64,000 nucleotides of DNA from Eledone cirrhosa (GCA_964016885.1 OZ024747.1:80352001-80416000); one strand, 5' to 3'. Positions 16,693-30,178 are shown, counted from the first letter of the stretch. The notes: generated from the letters alone by a model not told the origin. Made by a program: numbers and translations.

Positions 16693-18358
16693 GTATGTGA
16701 GTGTGTGTATGTATGTGTGTGTGAGTGTGTGTGTGTATACTCTTGAGACATTAAAAAAGAAGATCAAGTCCATAAAACTTTATAGACATGAAATGGAAGT
16801 TCTCATCTCGCTACCGTCATATTAGATTTGTATTGTTAAAATCCTGAAATGTAGGCATATGTATATGTTCAGAAAAGTGGTTTGTGCAAATATACAACTT
16901 TGCTAATGCATTTGTAGTTATTTTCATATACATACGGTGCATTAGTAATCTGCCAAAAAAAAAAAAAAAATTTATATTTAAAACCATCTCATAATTCTTT
17001 AAATTTTTTCACTAGAATACTAAATAATGATTTCCAAACCTCATCGACCAAAGAATATGACCAACAACTGATTATTATTTTACCTCCTATCTTTATTCTA
17101 TTTTTCACCGCTTTAGAAGAATGAGATCTGAAATTTTCGACTTTTTCGAAAATAATTATTATAGTTTAATTATTGATGCCTCTGATTTCATAACTACTTT
17201 AGACATGCTTTCATGTTATAGTTGGTTGTGTTGCTGTTGTTATTTTTATTCTTATTGATATCATTAGCAACGTTGGTGTTGATAGGAAGGGCAGGAGGAA
17301 ATGGTGCTCATAACTGTAATTACTTTTTCTGTTGATTATTTTGAGCGCTTTTGAAGCTTTAATTCTCTGCCACTCTCATAAGTTGTACTATTTATGGTGT
17401 TCAATTTAATGAGGTGGTATGGTCTCTACTAATTAGCCTAGGATTGAGTTTCGTTCCCCAAGAAGAGTACACGTGATCTAAGGTTTCTTCTATCACTTAA
17501 TGATATATCTTTATCACATTGAAGCATAATCCTCACTGTGAGTTCCTTCGATTATAGCATCAATTTCTTATTTAGTTATTAAGAATTCTATTTTGTAGTG
17601 AATTAGAAGAGGTTTGTGTAACAAACAAACTTCTTGTGTCTATTATCTTTATTATCATACTGTTTCTTTCGTACATGTAAGTGTTGTCGGTGTTACAATC
17701 GTTTAATATAATTGATTTTCGTTGGAAATATGACCGCGTTGATTGTTCACTCAAAACTCGTACTCTGAAACGGATATAAACGTTTAACAAGTAATTTTAT
17801 TTTGTTTACACTGCTTAATCATGTAAGACATTCTTCACCCCATATGGTTTATATTTAAATACTGGGACATTGTGTTATTCTCTAGGAAGTTGTTACGGCT
17901 CATGAGACGAGATATAAACACCGCCATACCAGTCTATAGATATCCTGAACTCAATCGTCATTTTGTGCCTGCTGCTGTTTTGTTATTGCAGTTGATTCTG
18001 CTAGTGCTGTTGTTATAGTGTTATGCACTTGGAAAATATTGCTGTTTAATTGATGTTGGTATTAGAAATATACACGATACGGCCAGTAAATTTTTCAATA
18101 TTATTTCTATAATTCAGAATCAAAACAAAAAGCATGCTGCCTATGTTTTTATTCCCAGTTATGCTATAAAACCTTCGACAGCAAACATATGTAATTTATC
18201 GCCAAATAGAAATATGATTAAACATAATAATACTAAAGATGATGGCAATAACAATGATTTCGTGTATTTGCCACACAGGCGGAGAATGATAAGGAAAATA
18301 CAAACATAGATTATATAAAATATGAGATTTATTACAAAAGTCGCATGTAAAAAATAAA

Positions 18359-18534
18359 AATAATTGTTTCTACAATAGGCACAAGGCCAGCAATTATCCC
18401 AGTGTATTACTGGTACTTTATTTTATCGACCCCGTAAGGATGAAAGGTAAAGTTAACCTCGGCGGCATTTGAACTCAGAATGGCAAGGGCCGTAACTTTA
18501 TGCGTCAAAGCATGGCGTCCTACCCTCTACCGAT
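18359..18534 (-). mobile_element. tRNA-derived SINE, near full length
   Basis: Same family sequence, reverse complement. Confidence 0.9.
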
Positions 18535-19631
18535 AAAATGACATCCTACCCTCTACCGTAAAAAAATAAAAATAATGGCAATAAATTCCAGCTACGGAGG
18601 AAAAACTATACTGTTATAGAAATATAGTTCTCCGTTCAATCTTAAATTTGTGAGATAATATCACCAAGCCCCAAACTAATACTGAAAATTATGCATTTAT
18701 AAGGATGCTAGAAGTTTACCTCCCACCTACTTTAAGCATTCTTTCTTTTATACCCAATCTGCGTCTTCACATGTATAGAGCACTACCCTGATTTGCAATC
18801 TTCTTGGTCTCAGAACCGCAGAATTTTAAAATATATATATAGATTGATCAGGATTTTACCTCTTTAAACAAGTGAGACCATTTTTTAGCAGAGTATTCGA
18901 CACTTGGAGAAATAGAGTATAAATATAGTAGACTCTACAAAGTAGAGTGTCAGGGACGAACGGCTGAGCTCTTGCCGTTTCGACAGCAAATTCGTATATA
19001 TATGTATATATGTATATGTATATATGTATATGTATATATGTATATGTATATATATATATATTGATTTGTGTTAACCTATATTACACGGCTCAGAAATACT
19101 CTTTCTTCGAGCTATTTCATTGTAAATGATCGCCTGAGATTTGAACTCATTATTATTGATTTTTCACTGCTCCTTCGTTGAGCTGATTTTAGCCCCATAC
19201 AAACGGCTGTTATTTCTAGCAGCACGAGTATGTGGCTAGCTAGACACTGGATAACCGCATGAGGTTACCTCGTGCGCTAAACAGTCTTCCTAAATATTTT
19301 GAAGTGGAACATACCTATTTTTATAGTGCTTGCTGAGGAGATCAAAATGCGGTATTTTCTTCCACTTTTTCATTATTCGAAACATATTTGGATTTTAAGG
19401 TTTAAACCTGTCTACGGAACAGGTTTGATTTTGAAATTTAAATTTGTCCAAGCACTACGGCCATTGCCAATACAATTTGTTTTTGTTGATTTATGATGTA
19501 TTATCTTAAGTCATGATAGGCAAACTGTAATATTATTATTAGTATATTTCTATCTAGCTAACTTGGTCATTTACAATACAAACATAAATATGAGGATATT
19601 TGTGTTTATCAAATATATTGATTTGTGTTAA

Positions 19632-19728
<97 letters not shown>

Positions 19729-19871
19729 CCAAATATTAATATGGTTCATTGATTACTCAATGAATATAGTTTTACAATAGATTAAAAGCACTCTACAAGG
19801 AAGTTTTCTGGAGTTATTAATATTATTCAGAATATTAATAAATGAAGACATTCACATAATCAAAATATATG

Positions 19872-19933
19872 TTTTATTATATATATTTCGAAGGTACTGT
19901 GCTGTTTTTTCAGTACGTCCTCGTCAGATAAAA
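19872..19933 (-). ncRNA. Minimal type-I hammerhead ribozyme, core intact
   Basis: Minus strand: ttttat CTGACGA ggacgtactg-aaaaaacagca-cagtaccttc GAAA tatata TA^ ataaaa. Stems I and II pair; stem III is palindromic. Confidence 0.8.
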
Positions 19934-20033
19934 TACATGAATGGATGTATGACATACCTCAACGCTCTTGACGGTTCAATTCCAGAATTGAACCATCAAG
20001 ACCGTTGAGGTATGTCATACATCAATTCATGTA

Positions 20034-20095
20034 TTTTATATGACGAGGACGTACTGAAAAAACAGCACAGTACCTTCGAAATATATATAATAAAA
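20034..20095 (+). ncRNA. Hammerhead ribozyme mirror copy, core C3 mutated to A
   Basis: ttttat ATGACGA ...GAAA tatata TA ataaaa; other arm of palindrome 19821-20146. Confidence 0.65.
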
Positions 20096-20328
20096 CATAT
20101 ATTTTGATTATGTGAATGTCTTCATTTATTAATATTCTGAATAATATATATATATATATAAACAATGAGATATACGGTTTGTTGATTATTCAACAAAGTT
20201 AATTTTACAACAGATTAAGAAGCACTCTACAGGATGTTTTTGGAGTATCATTAATATTAACAATATTAATGAATGGAAAATATCTTAACAAAACCATATT
20301 TATTTTATTATACGTATTTCAAGGTACT

Positions 20329-20372
<44 letters not shown>

Positions 20373-20379
20373 TATGTGT

Positions 20380-20415
<36 letters not shown>

Positions 20416-20574
20416 ATATGTGTGTGTGTGTATGTGTGTGTATATGTGTGTGTGTATATGTGTGCGTGTGTGTCTGTGTGTATGTATATGCGTGTGTGTT
20501 TGTGAGTATGTATGTATGTGTGTGTGTATGTATATATATATGTGTGTGTGCCAGTATACATATGTATGCATATA

Positions 20575-20625
<51 letters not shown>

Positions 20626-20792
20626 CATATATTTATTACAGTCACGGGCGATACTTGCGAAACACAATCAGACGACAGAAGAATGGTATAACAGTAAAGG
20701 AACATATATTATTTATATCGGCACATCATCCACGTCAGGTAAGTGAAATATTAATATTATATACAACTGATATCCCTTTCTTTTTACAATAT

Positions 20793-20983
20793 ATAGTTTC
20801 TACTTTTTGGCACAAGATCAGAGAATACCCAGTACATTACTGGTACTTTATTTTATCGACCACCGTAAGGATGATAGGTAAAGTCAACCTCGGCGGCATT
20901 TGAACTCAGAATGGCAAGGGCCGTAACTCTATGCGTCAAAGCATGGGGCCCGACCCTCTATCGATACTGTCAATCCACCGCCC
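20793..20983 (-). mobile_element. tRNA-derived SINE, full length with TSD
   Basis: Family match; TSD tttttacaatata on both sides. Confidence 0.9.
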
Positions 20984-21754
20984 TTTTTACAATATATGAG
21001 GAACGATAAGATTTCGAAACCGAAACCATCACTATTGAATTCCAGCAGTACATTCTGCCTCAGTAAACATTTTTCTGACTATCTATCAATGTTTCAAATA
21101 AGCTTTGCAAATTAAAAGAAACGTCGAAAAATCTATAATCAATATGAATCTTTTTTTTTGCTTTGGCGTATTAATTTTGCTTCTTATTTTTCTCTATTTC
21201 GCACCTTCTTGGTAGTTGTTTTTTCCACTGTTTTTTCATTTTTTTTTCCACTTTTTTTTAACTGTTTTCTTTTTCACCGTTAACTTTCTTATTCGGGCGT
21301 TTCTCTGTGACGAGTCTCTCAGCAAATAGGAATGTCTTTTGGTATTTTCGCTTAGCGAACATCGCGAAAGATTATTGATCTGTTTTGGCAATTTCTGTCG
21401 AATAAAAAGAGAAATAATTCATTAATGCTTCGTCTGGTTTTAAGGAGAATAAAAATGCCATTATTTAACGTGACAGAAGCGTATAAGTGAACATAAGTTT
21501 TAGAAACTTATAAGTACAGATTATTTGTGAATCGACAAGCAAGATATGAAAATAAGAAAAAAGGGGAAAACAACCAAACAAAGAAACAATTGAATGAATA
21601 AGAAAATAGAAACAACTCCAACAAACCACAGCAAACAAACAAGCTCCCCCCTACCCCCACAAAATGATTCCTCGTTGATTTTGGGAAAGATAAGATAATT
21701 CGGATAATTTCCGTATTTATTCGGTTCTGTTTTGTCTTGTCGCTAAAAGATATA

Positions 21755-21839
<85 letters not shown>

Positions 21840-21851
21840 ATATATATATAT

Positions 21852-22056
<205 letters not shown>

Positions 22057-22258
22057 ACAAAGAAAATGTGGTAAGGAACCAGGTGGACTATAACGCACCA
22101 GAGTACTCGATACTTAGGGTAGTAGAGTCGGTAATACGAAAAGAGTCAGGACCCCAACGGCTGAGCTCCGGCCGTTTCAACCGCTAGATCCAAACTAAGC
22201 CAGCACTATAGTTCTGATGTAGTTGTCGAAACGGCGGGAGCTCAGCCGTCGCGGTCCT

Positions 22259-22335
<77 letters not shown>

Positions 22336-22432
22336 AATGAAGTAATTGTGTCGGAAAGGTCCAGGAAAAAAGAGTGCTCTATGTAGGTTACAGAGCTTAT
22401 TAGTTATGTAATAAACAGCATAAGATAATTAT

Positions 22433-22491
22433 TTCATTTACTCGTGGTTTCTTGAAAGCAAGGAAAATTTGCTTTCAGTCATCAGAATGAA
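22433..22491 (-). ncRNA. Minimal type-I hammerhead ribozyme (second family)
   Basis: Minus strand: ttcatt CTGATGA c-tgaaagcaa-attttcc-ttgctttca-a GAAAC cacga GTA^ aatgaa. First pair of stem II is a C-A mismatch. Confidence 0.7.
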
Positions 22492-22502
22492 CACCAGGAT
22501 TT

Positions 22503-22563
22503 TTTCATTCTGATGACTGAAAGCAAATTTTGCTTGCTTTCAAGAAACCACTGATAAATGAAA
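22503..22563 (+). ncRNA. Hammerhead mirror copy, stem III degraded
   Basis: tttcatt CTGATGA stem II GAAAC cactg ATA aatgaaa; palindrome ~22402-22593. Confidence 0.55.
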
Positions 22564-22592
22564 TAATTATCTTATGTTGATTTTTACATAAC

Positions 22593-22637
<45 letters not shown>

Positions 22638-22671
22638 GGCAATGATGTTGATGATGATGCATATATATATA

Positions 22672-23087
22672 AGGGTGGGTGACAGTGGCGAGCTTGGTCC
22701 GGGTGAATGGACATGCTCTGAGTATGCCTCTGTAAATTGGGTGAAGACAACTTGGAAAGAAAGTTATGGTAGAGAGATGTCCTGCCTAACTCCGAATATA
22801 TATGTTAAAAGGTGAGTGAATGAAGCCAGAATGGCCCGTGTGAATGAGTCTACTCAGACCATGCACCTGTAGGTTGGATATATCGGAGAGGAGAGAGGCG
22901 CCCTCTTAGGGTTATCTTGGCGAGTAGGGTGGTTTAGGATTGGTGGGGTTTTGAGTCACCCCTGTGTGCTAACCCTCCTTTATCGGAGAATTTCATTATT
23001 ATACTTTGTAAACCAAGCCCTGTCTGTATTTTGTATTGCCCCAATATGCCGGCATTTGTGACCAATAAAGAAATTATTATTATTATT
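22672..23087 (+). mobile_element. Tx1/L1-clade 3' end, related subfamily ending in (ATT)n
   Basis: Two blocks resembling the ORF2 end RWVKVARMARVNG, then 3'UTR and aataaagaaattattattattatt. Confidence 0.7.
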
Positions 23088-23916
23088 TGTGATGTAGCTA
23101 AGCTTTCAATCATGTCACATCTAATTCAATGATTTAATCACGGTTTTACATCCTCATACATATTCCTTTATCGACTAAACCACCTTGTTCCTATTCCACA
23201 CTCCCTCCCTTAAAAGATCTGAATATCTTTCTCTAGTGCTGTTGCATATATCATTTAAAGAAAGACTACTGAAGTGGGTTGTGATAAATATTTTGTTCAA
23301 CTCTGTATGCATTAAACCGTTCCAAAACACGGGAACATTACATCACAAGAGAACAAATTTACAATTCTACGCCTTTTCAATTCATGACAAATTATCAGTT
23401 GAAAACATCACACGCCCTCAACATATTAGTCCTAGCATGACAACGATGTCAATACAATCAAAACAATGACAATAAAATCAATATTGATTTTATATGTTAC
23501 GTTCAAGGTAAAAATATTCTTGAGTGCGTAGTAAAGTCGATCGAATCCGTCCACTATGTGCTTTATCGAACTCATATTGATGAAAGATAGCAATGAATCC
23601 TTGTAGAATTTGAATTTGAATTCGGAACGTAACGAGACAAAACTAAATACTGAGGAACTTAGCCGGGTTTTCGTATTGGTTTCCACCCCCCACCAACTTA
23701 TATCATCATTATGATTGCTTTGCTTCCATCAACAGCATCAACATCAACAACAAGAAAAATAACAATAAAAGGATCAATAACAGCGACAATCGTTCCTTCA
23801 TAGGGATGAAAAGCCGGCAATTTTCAGTGACTAAATAAAAAGTTGTGGCATTTCAAAGGACATTATTGATGTATTTTAAACAGAAAGCGAAGGAAAGGAG
23901 TAGATGTAAAAGAGAC

Positions 23917-23995
<79 letters not shown>

Positions 23996-24552
23996 TGTTG
24001 TTGTTTACTTTCTTTTATTTTCGTTTACTGCTTTCAGACATTAGACTGCAGCTACCTCTAAGCAGCACCTTATAGAGGTTTAGTCGATCATATCGGCACT
24101 AATATATTTTGAAGTTTTATACTTATTTTATCGATCCCCTCTTGTCGAACCGCTAAAACGGGATATAAATGCAGACAAAAACGTAAACACAATCTCAAAC
24201 GTACAGACACACACACCACACACACACGACACACCACACACATACAGACATACACACCACACACACACCACACACCACACACACACGCACACACACACAC
24301 ATACACACATACACCACACACACACACACCACCCACACGCACACATACACACACAAACATTCACACACACATATTCACGCACACATGTAAATATACAGAA
24401 TTAAACTATTTTGAGAACTAGAAAGGAAAGAAGTTAATTTGAATAATTCTGTATTAAGTGCATATTTCGTTTGAAGAGCCGTCACAACAACCAACATCAT
24501 ACTTTTCCTCCATATCATTCCAAATCTAGGGAAGAAAAGGAAACAGAGGTTA

Positions 24553-24790
24553 ATGGATGATGATGATGATGATGGTGGTGGTGTTGATGATGATGGTGGT
24601 GATGATGATGATGATGGTGGTGATGATGATGATGATGATGGTGGTGGCGGTGGTGATGGTGGTGGTGGTGATGGTGGTGATGATGGTGGTCGTGATGATG
24701 GTGGTGATGATGATGATGATGGTGGTGGCGGTGGTGATGGTGGTGGTGGTTTGATGGTGGTGATGGTGGTGGTCGTGATGATGGTGGTGG

Positions 24791-24822
<32 letters not shown>

Positions 24823-24823
24823 T

Positions 24824-24861
<38 letters not shown>

Positions 24862-24916
24862 TTGATGATGATGATGATGATGATGGAGGTGATGATGATG
24901 GCGATGATGATGATGA

Positions 24917-24969
<53 letters not shown>

Positions 24970-24985
24970 ATATTGATGATGATAA
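24553..24985. repeat. Compound trinucleotide repeat (GAT/GGT/GTA)
   Basis: Directly visible. Confidence 0.95.
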
Positions 24986-25338
24986 TTATGCGTGATTGCC
25001 ATTAATTCAATGCCGAGGAAGTGATTTTCAAAGTTGTTGAAAGAAAATGTTGCATGAGACTCCAATAGGAAAGGAGATTCTATTGTCTTTGAATAAAATA
25101 TCAAATCGGCGGTCAAGTGGCATCGTATTGTCTTGTCTTATTCAGTTATTCATCTTTCATTGTAGCTTGAAATTGAAACGTCCAGATTGAGTTGATGTGC
25201 CAATTCAATATGGCCTCTGTATTACTATATGTTTATGCTTGTATGTAGGTGTATATGTATGTGATTATGTCCATACATAGAGAGGCTGTGAGGAATGAAG
25301 AGGTCATACGCGATAACGAGTCAACACCCGGTAGTCAT

Positions 25339-25383
<45 letters not shown>

Positions 25384-25438
25384 GTTCGGTTCTAGCTGTC
25401 GAAACGTCCGGAGCTCAGCCGTAGGGGTCCTGACTCTT

Positions 25439-25476
<38 letters not shown>

Positions 25477-25522
25477 AACTAAAATAAATAAGTCAAATAT
25501 TTAAAATTTGGCCTCGTTTACT

Positions 25523-25577
25523 ACTGCTATATATATTTCGGTGACAGCCATCTTTGGCTGTGACCTCTTCAGGCAGT
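25523..25577 (-). ncRNA. Minimal type-I hammerhead ribozyme (third family), intact
   Basis: Minus strand: actgc CTGAAGA ggtcacagcc-aaagat-ggctgtcacc GAAA tatata TA^ gcagt. Confidence 0.85.
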
Positions 25578-25833
25578 CCGAATTAGTGTGGTAGAGACGA
25601 GTACACATGATGTTGAGGTGTTTAACTTCCTCTCCTCTCATTGGTTAGTTGTTCTCACAACTGACCAATGAGAGGAGAGGATGTCCTCTGACGCTGAAAT
25701 TCGTTTGTTTAAATTCATATGATTCCAGTTCCTCAGTGAAATAACAACCCAACCAGGAACTGGGCATATCACCGTATTGACAAAGTTAAACACCTCAATA
25801 ACATGTGTACTCGTCTCTACCACATTAATTCGG

Positions 25834-25888
25834 ACTGCCTGAAGAGGACACAGCCAAAGATGGCTGTCACCGAAATATATATAGCAGT
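25834..25888 (+). ncRNA. Minimal type-I hammerhead ribozyme (third family), intact core
   Basis: actgc CTGAAGA ggacacagcc-aaagat-ggctgtcacc GAAA tatata TA^ gcagt; inverted repeat arms ~25471-25629 and ~25784-25940. Confidence 0.85.
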
Positions 25889-26276
25889 AATAAACGAAAC
25901 CAAATTTTAAATATTTGACTTATTTATTTTAGTTTATTTTAGTTTATTTTAGTTTATTTTCCGGAGTAACCAAACCAGCCTGCGCACTTCGTCGAGTGCT
26001 CCAATCTGCATACTGAGGTGTTGGTATGCAACCAACATATACTCAAAATGTATATATATATATATAATATAGAAATGGCTTCTAGAACTGTTTCATTCGA
26101 AGGAAATCATCAGCAAAGTCCAGATGATTTTCTTCGAATGAAACAGTGCTACTCCTGTAGAAGCCATTTCTATATTAAATATTTATACTCTGCTATGTAT
26201 TGAGTACCTTTCTTACTGTGGTTACCCCGTCAACTGGACACTAGAAACCATGTTTCATGATAATCGAGTACTTTTA

Positions 26277-26370
<94 letters not shown>

Positions 26371-26372
26371 AT

Positions 26373-26750
26373 TGATTCCCTTCTTTAAGTATCACTTTAG
26401 AAGGAGAATCAGGGTGGAGAGAGAGGCACTGCACCCCAGTAAATTTACTGAAAGGTGGGTGAATGAAGCGAAAATGGCCCGAGTGATTGGGCCTTCTCTG
26501 TTTATAAGCCTGTAGGTTGAGGAAGAGAGCAAAAGGAAGAAAGGAGCACTTGCACAACACGCTCCTTGAGTTGAGGGTTGTTCTATCGACGGGGTATTAA
26601 ACAACCCATTTGTGGCGCCTCCCCCCTATTGGGGATTTCGATTGTTGAAATTGTTTGTTTTTATATTTTTTACACGACTGTATGTAAAATCCCCGGCATG
26701 TCTTTGTATTGTCCCCTTTCTTGTTGCGCCCTTGTGGCTAATAAAGAAAT
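26373..26750 (+). mobile_element. Tx1-clade retrotransposon, 5'-truncated copy A in (CTAT)n
   Basis: FFKYHFRRRIRVEREALHPSKFTERWVNEAKMARVIGPSL-stop, 3'UTR, aataaagaaa; CTAT repeats on both sides. Confidence 0.85.
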
Positions 26751-26766
26751 CTATCTATCTATCTAT

Positions 26767-28073
26767 AGCGCCCGTCATCTACTACCGCCTGACCGTTGTG
26801 CCTTGCTCAAGGGAAACGCTCGCCAAAATGGAGCGCGCACTCTTCCAATTCCTTTGGAAGAAGCGGGCTCCTATGGTGAGGAGATCCATCTGCTGTCAAC
26901 ACCCTTCGAAAGGAGGGCTGGGGATGCCGTGGCTAATGATACGTAAACACGCATTAAGGCTACGGCACCTTCAGGTATTCCTCTCCGGTCAACTGGTGTG
27001 GGTCCCGTTTGTGAGGTGAGCCTTTCCCAGACTCGTCTCACTCACCGAGCTGCAATCCTGGGTCAAGCAAAGACCGAGAAAACTGGGCGTCTGGCACACC
27101 GAGTGTGCTCAGGCGCTCACGGCTCTCTGGCAGGCGGACCCGGCTGTCAGTGGAGAATCCACCTCGTCATTCTATAGAGGGCTGGTGGTTAGCAGGTGCG
27201 ACGACGCCCTCGGAGAAGCCCTAGGCATGGAGGAAGACGAACTGGCCAACCTGTTCGGTAGGACATTCAGCCCGGGACCCATGGATAACTTCCAGAGGTC
27301 CCTGGCCTGGCAATGCTACAGAAGGGCTCTGCCCGTTCGAGAAAGGCTCTACAGACACAGGCGCCCGGGTAGGGACCCATCGAAAAAGATCTGTCCCAGA
27401 TGCGTGTTCGACGAGGAAACCGTTGCACACGCATTGGTACACTGCTCGGGCATTGCCGATCTGTGGGGCTATGTCGAACAACTGCTGTCAAGGGTGGGAC
27501 CGATCCGGTTGACCACCGAGTCTATTGTAACGATCAAGCCGCCTCCCCCTCTTCAAAAACGAAGGAGAGGCGGTGTTTCTATGCGTAATAGCCATGGCGA
27601 AAGAGGTTGTATGGTGGACGCGTCTGAAAGGACTGAGGTCAGACACCTTTCTCTCTGGCCAACAACTGGTCCGTTTCTTCCGATATCATTTCGGAAGAAG
27701 GATCAGGATGGAGAGAGAGGTGCTGCACCCCAGCCGTTTTTATGAAAGATGGGTGAAAGTGGCGAGAATGGCCCGTGTGAATGGACCTTCACTCTACATC
27801 AGACTATAGGTGAGGAAGATGAAAGACCAAGGGAGCACCCCTTCTCTGTGCTCCTGAGGAGGAGGGTTGCACACTTTTTTTCGGGGGTGTGTGCGACCCC
27901 CCAAGGCGCCTCCTCTCTATTGAGGACTTTGTTATAAATTTTATTTTTTGTTATATTTTATTTTATTTTTATATTTTGTTATTGCCTCCTCCTTATTGAG
28001 GACGCCTTGTTTTATAAACTCCCCCATTGTACTTGTCCCACTTTTGATGCCCTGGTGGTAAATAAAAGAAACA

Positions 28074-28074
<1 letters not shown>
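26767..28074 (+). pseudogene. Tx1-clade retrotransposon copy B: disrupted ORF2 C-terminal half (post-RT and zf-RVT) plus 3'UTR
   Basis: LFQFLW...ICCQHPSKGGLGMP, CPRC...EETVAHALVHC...LWGYV, AKEVVWWTR; stop at 27017-27019 and frameshift near 27550. Confidence 0.9.
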
Positions 28075-28129
<55 letters not shown>

Positions 28130-28132
<3 letters not shown>

Positions 28133-28505
28133 TTTTCAAATACCACTTTGGAAGAAGAATCAGGATGGAGAGAGAGGTGCTGTACCCCAGCAAGTTTTAT
28201 GAAAGGTGGGTGAAAGTGGCGAGAATGGCCCGAGTGAATGGGCCTTCTCTCTATATCAGCCTGTAGGTTGAGGAAAAGGAGGAGGAGAGGAAGGGAGTAC
28301 AAGCTCTTCGTACTCCTGGAGATGAGGGTTGCACATTTTTTTCGGGGGTCTGTGTTACCCATATAAACTGTCTCCCTCTATTGGGGAAAATCGACTAACT
28401 TTTAAATTCCATCTGTGATAACATTTTACACGTTTTTATTGTATGTAAACTTCCCCCTTTGTATTTGTCCCCTTCTTTTGTGCCCCTGTGGCTAATAAAG
28501 AAATA
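28130..28505 (+). mobile_element. Tx1-clade copy C, 5'-truncated, in (CTAT)n
   Basis: Homologous to the 3' ends of copies A and B; aataaagaaa then (CTAT)n to ~28620. Confidence 0.85.
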
Positions 28506-28539
<34 letters not shown>

Positions 28540-28540
28540 C

Positions 28541-28612
<72 letters not shown>

Positions 28613-29303
28613 ATATCAACCTATTGATCTATCTATCTATTCATCTTTATCATGTGTGTGTGTTGTTTTAGTTCAAAATCTAAAAAGACGAGGTTTAAAT
28701 GAATACTAATTAATATCAATTCGTGTACTCATCTGGAGAGAATGAATTTGTAGCTGTAGAGAACGCTGTTGGGTGAATGTTGTTGACAGTAATGTACAAG
28801 ATCTAATTAAAACGCGAACCTCGTCATAGCTCATTAGTGTTAAAAAACGAACGCTTGGTAATCTCATACAACATGAATGGCTACACTATGGGTATTATTG
28901 GATTAGCTTAAATATAACAACTATTACCAGCTAAACAATAGTCAACTTTCTATATATAACATTTAATATAAAGATATTAATGCAACACATTTATAGAAAT
29001 CTGAGTGAGGAACAGATACACTTCTACACAAATTGCAATCACAACGAAAGAATACGATCGCCAATACAAGCGGCCGAATTTGGTTTTTCCTCCCAAAACA
29101 TCTACTCGGTCTCATGAACTTTTTCTTGTAAGCCATAGATAGAGAACGATGGGTCGTTGGAGCTCATAATAAGGCTACACCATTGAATATTTTTCACCAT
29201 AAACTTAATCATAAATGTACACACGAATAGGTCTTTTTAAAGCAATTACTTACTTTTTAATTAATTGTTTACTTTTTAAGTAGCTACCTACATTGGATTG
29301 GCG

Positions 29304-29497
29304 AGGGCGGTGGATTGACAGTGTCGGTAGAGGGTCGGACGCCATGCTTTGCAGCATATATTTACGGCCCTTTAGGGTCTGAGTTCAAATCCCACCGAGG
29401 TTAGTTTTGCCTTTCATCCTTACGGGGTCGATAAAATAAAGTACCAGTAATGCACTGGAGTAATTGCTGGCCTTGTGCTAAAAGTAGAAATAATTAT
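29304..29497 (+). mobile_element. tRNA-derived SINE, full length
   Basis: gggcggtggattgacagtgtcggtagag (A-box-like) ... gagttcaaatccc (B box) ... family tail. Confidence 0.9.
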
Positions 29498-30090
29498 GAT
29501 TATAACTATTCAATTTTTATAAATCTTTATAACTTTTTTACTGATTTATTTTCCCCTTCTTATTATAATTACAATTATTTACCACACGTTTCCTCATTTT
29601 TATAATCTTTGTGAACTCTATGGTTTTTATAAAGCTTCACAACTCTAATTTTGATGCTCTTTAAGAGATTGAGCGCAACGCTACGCTGGTTTTCGGCCAG
29701 AGACTTAGCACGGTTATCGCTGAATATATGGCGCTCCCAGATCTTGTTAAACACATCAAATAATTGGCTGTGAGTGGCTTTACGACTGACCGGAATTTGT
29801 CGGTGTGAAGCAACCCCACTCATTTTGGACACAACATTAAACTCATAATTCGTTGTCAAGTGTGTAGCCTACGGAGGCTGACTGTATCAGAGGTCGCATT
29901 GACCAATGGACCGCTTCCGTATCAATTCTTTTTTTTATATTTTGCCTTAATCCATTAATTGATTACTTAACCGTTAAATCTTTTATGTGAACTACACCCG
30001 AAGAAGTCACCACATGTATTGCGTCATTATCTGACGACTTGGGTCTGTCGGCCATAGAAATACGTATCCTGACTTGTGCAATATTAACAG

Positions 30091-30178
<88 letters not shown>

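Noticed and set aside
29304-29400. tRNA gene
   Set aside because: The A/B boxes belong to a multi-copy SINE head; no complete cloverleaf.
30025-30075. CTGACGA...GAAAtacgtatc hammerhead-like string (also 19330-19385 and 54866 onward)
   Set aside because: Stems I and II do not pair convincingly; at most decayed relics.
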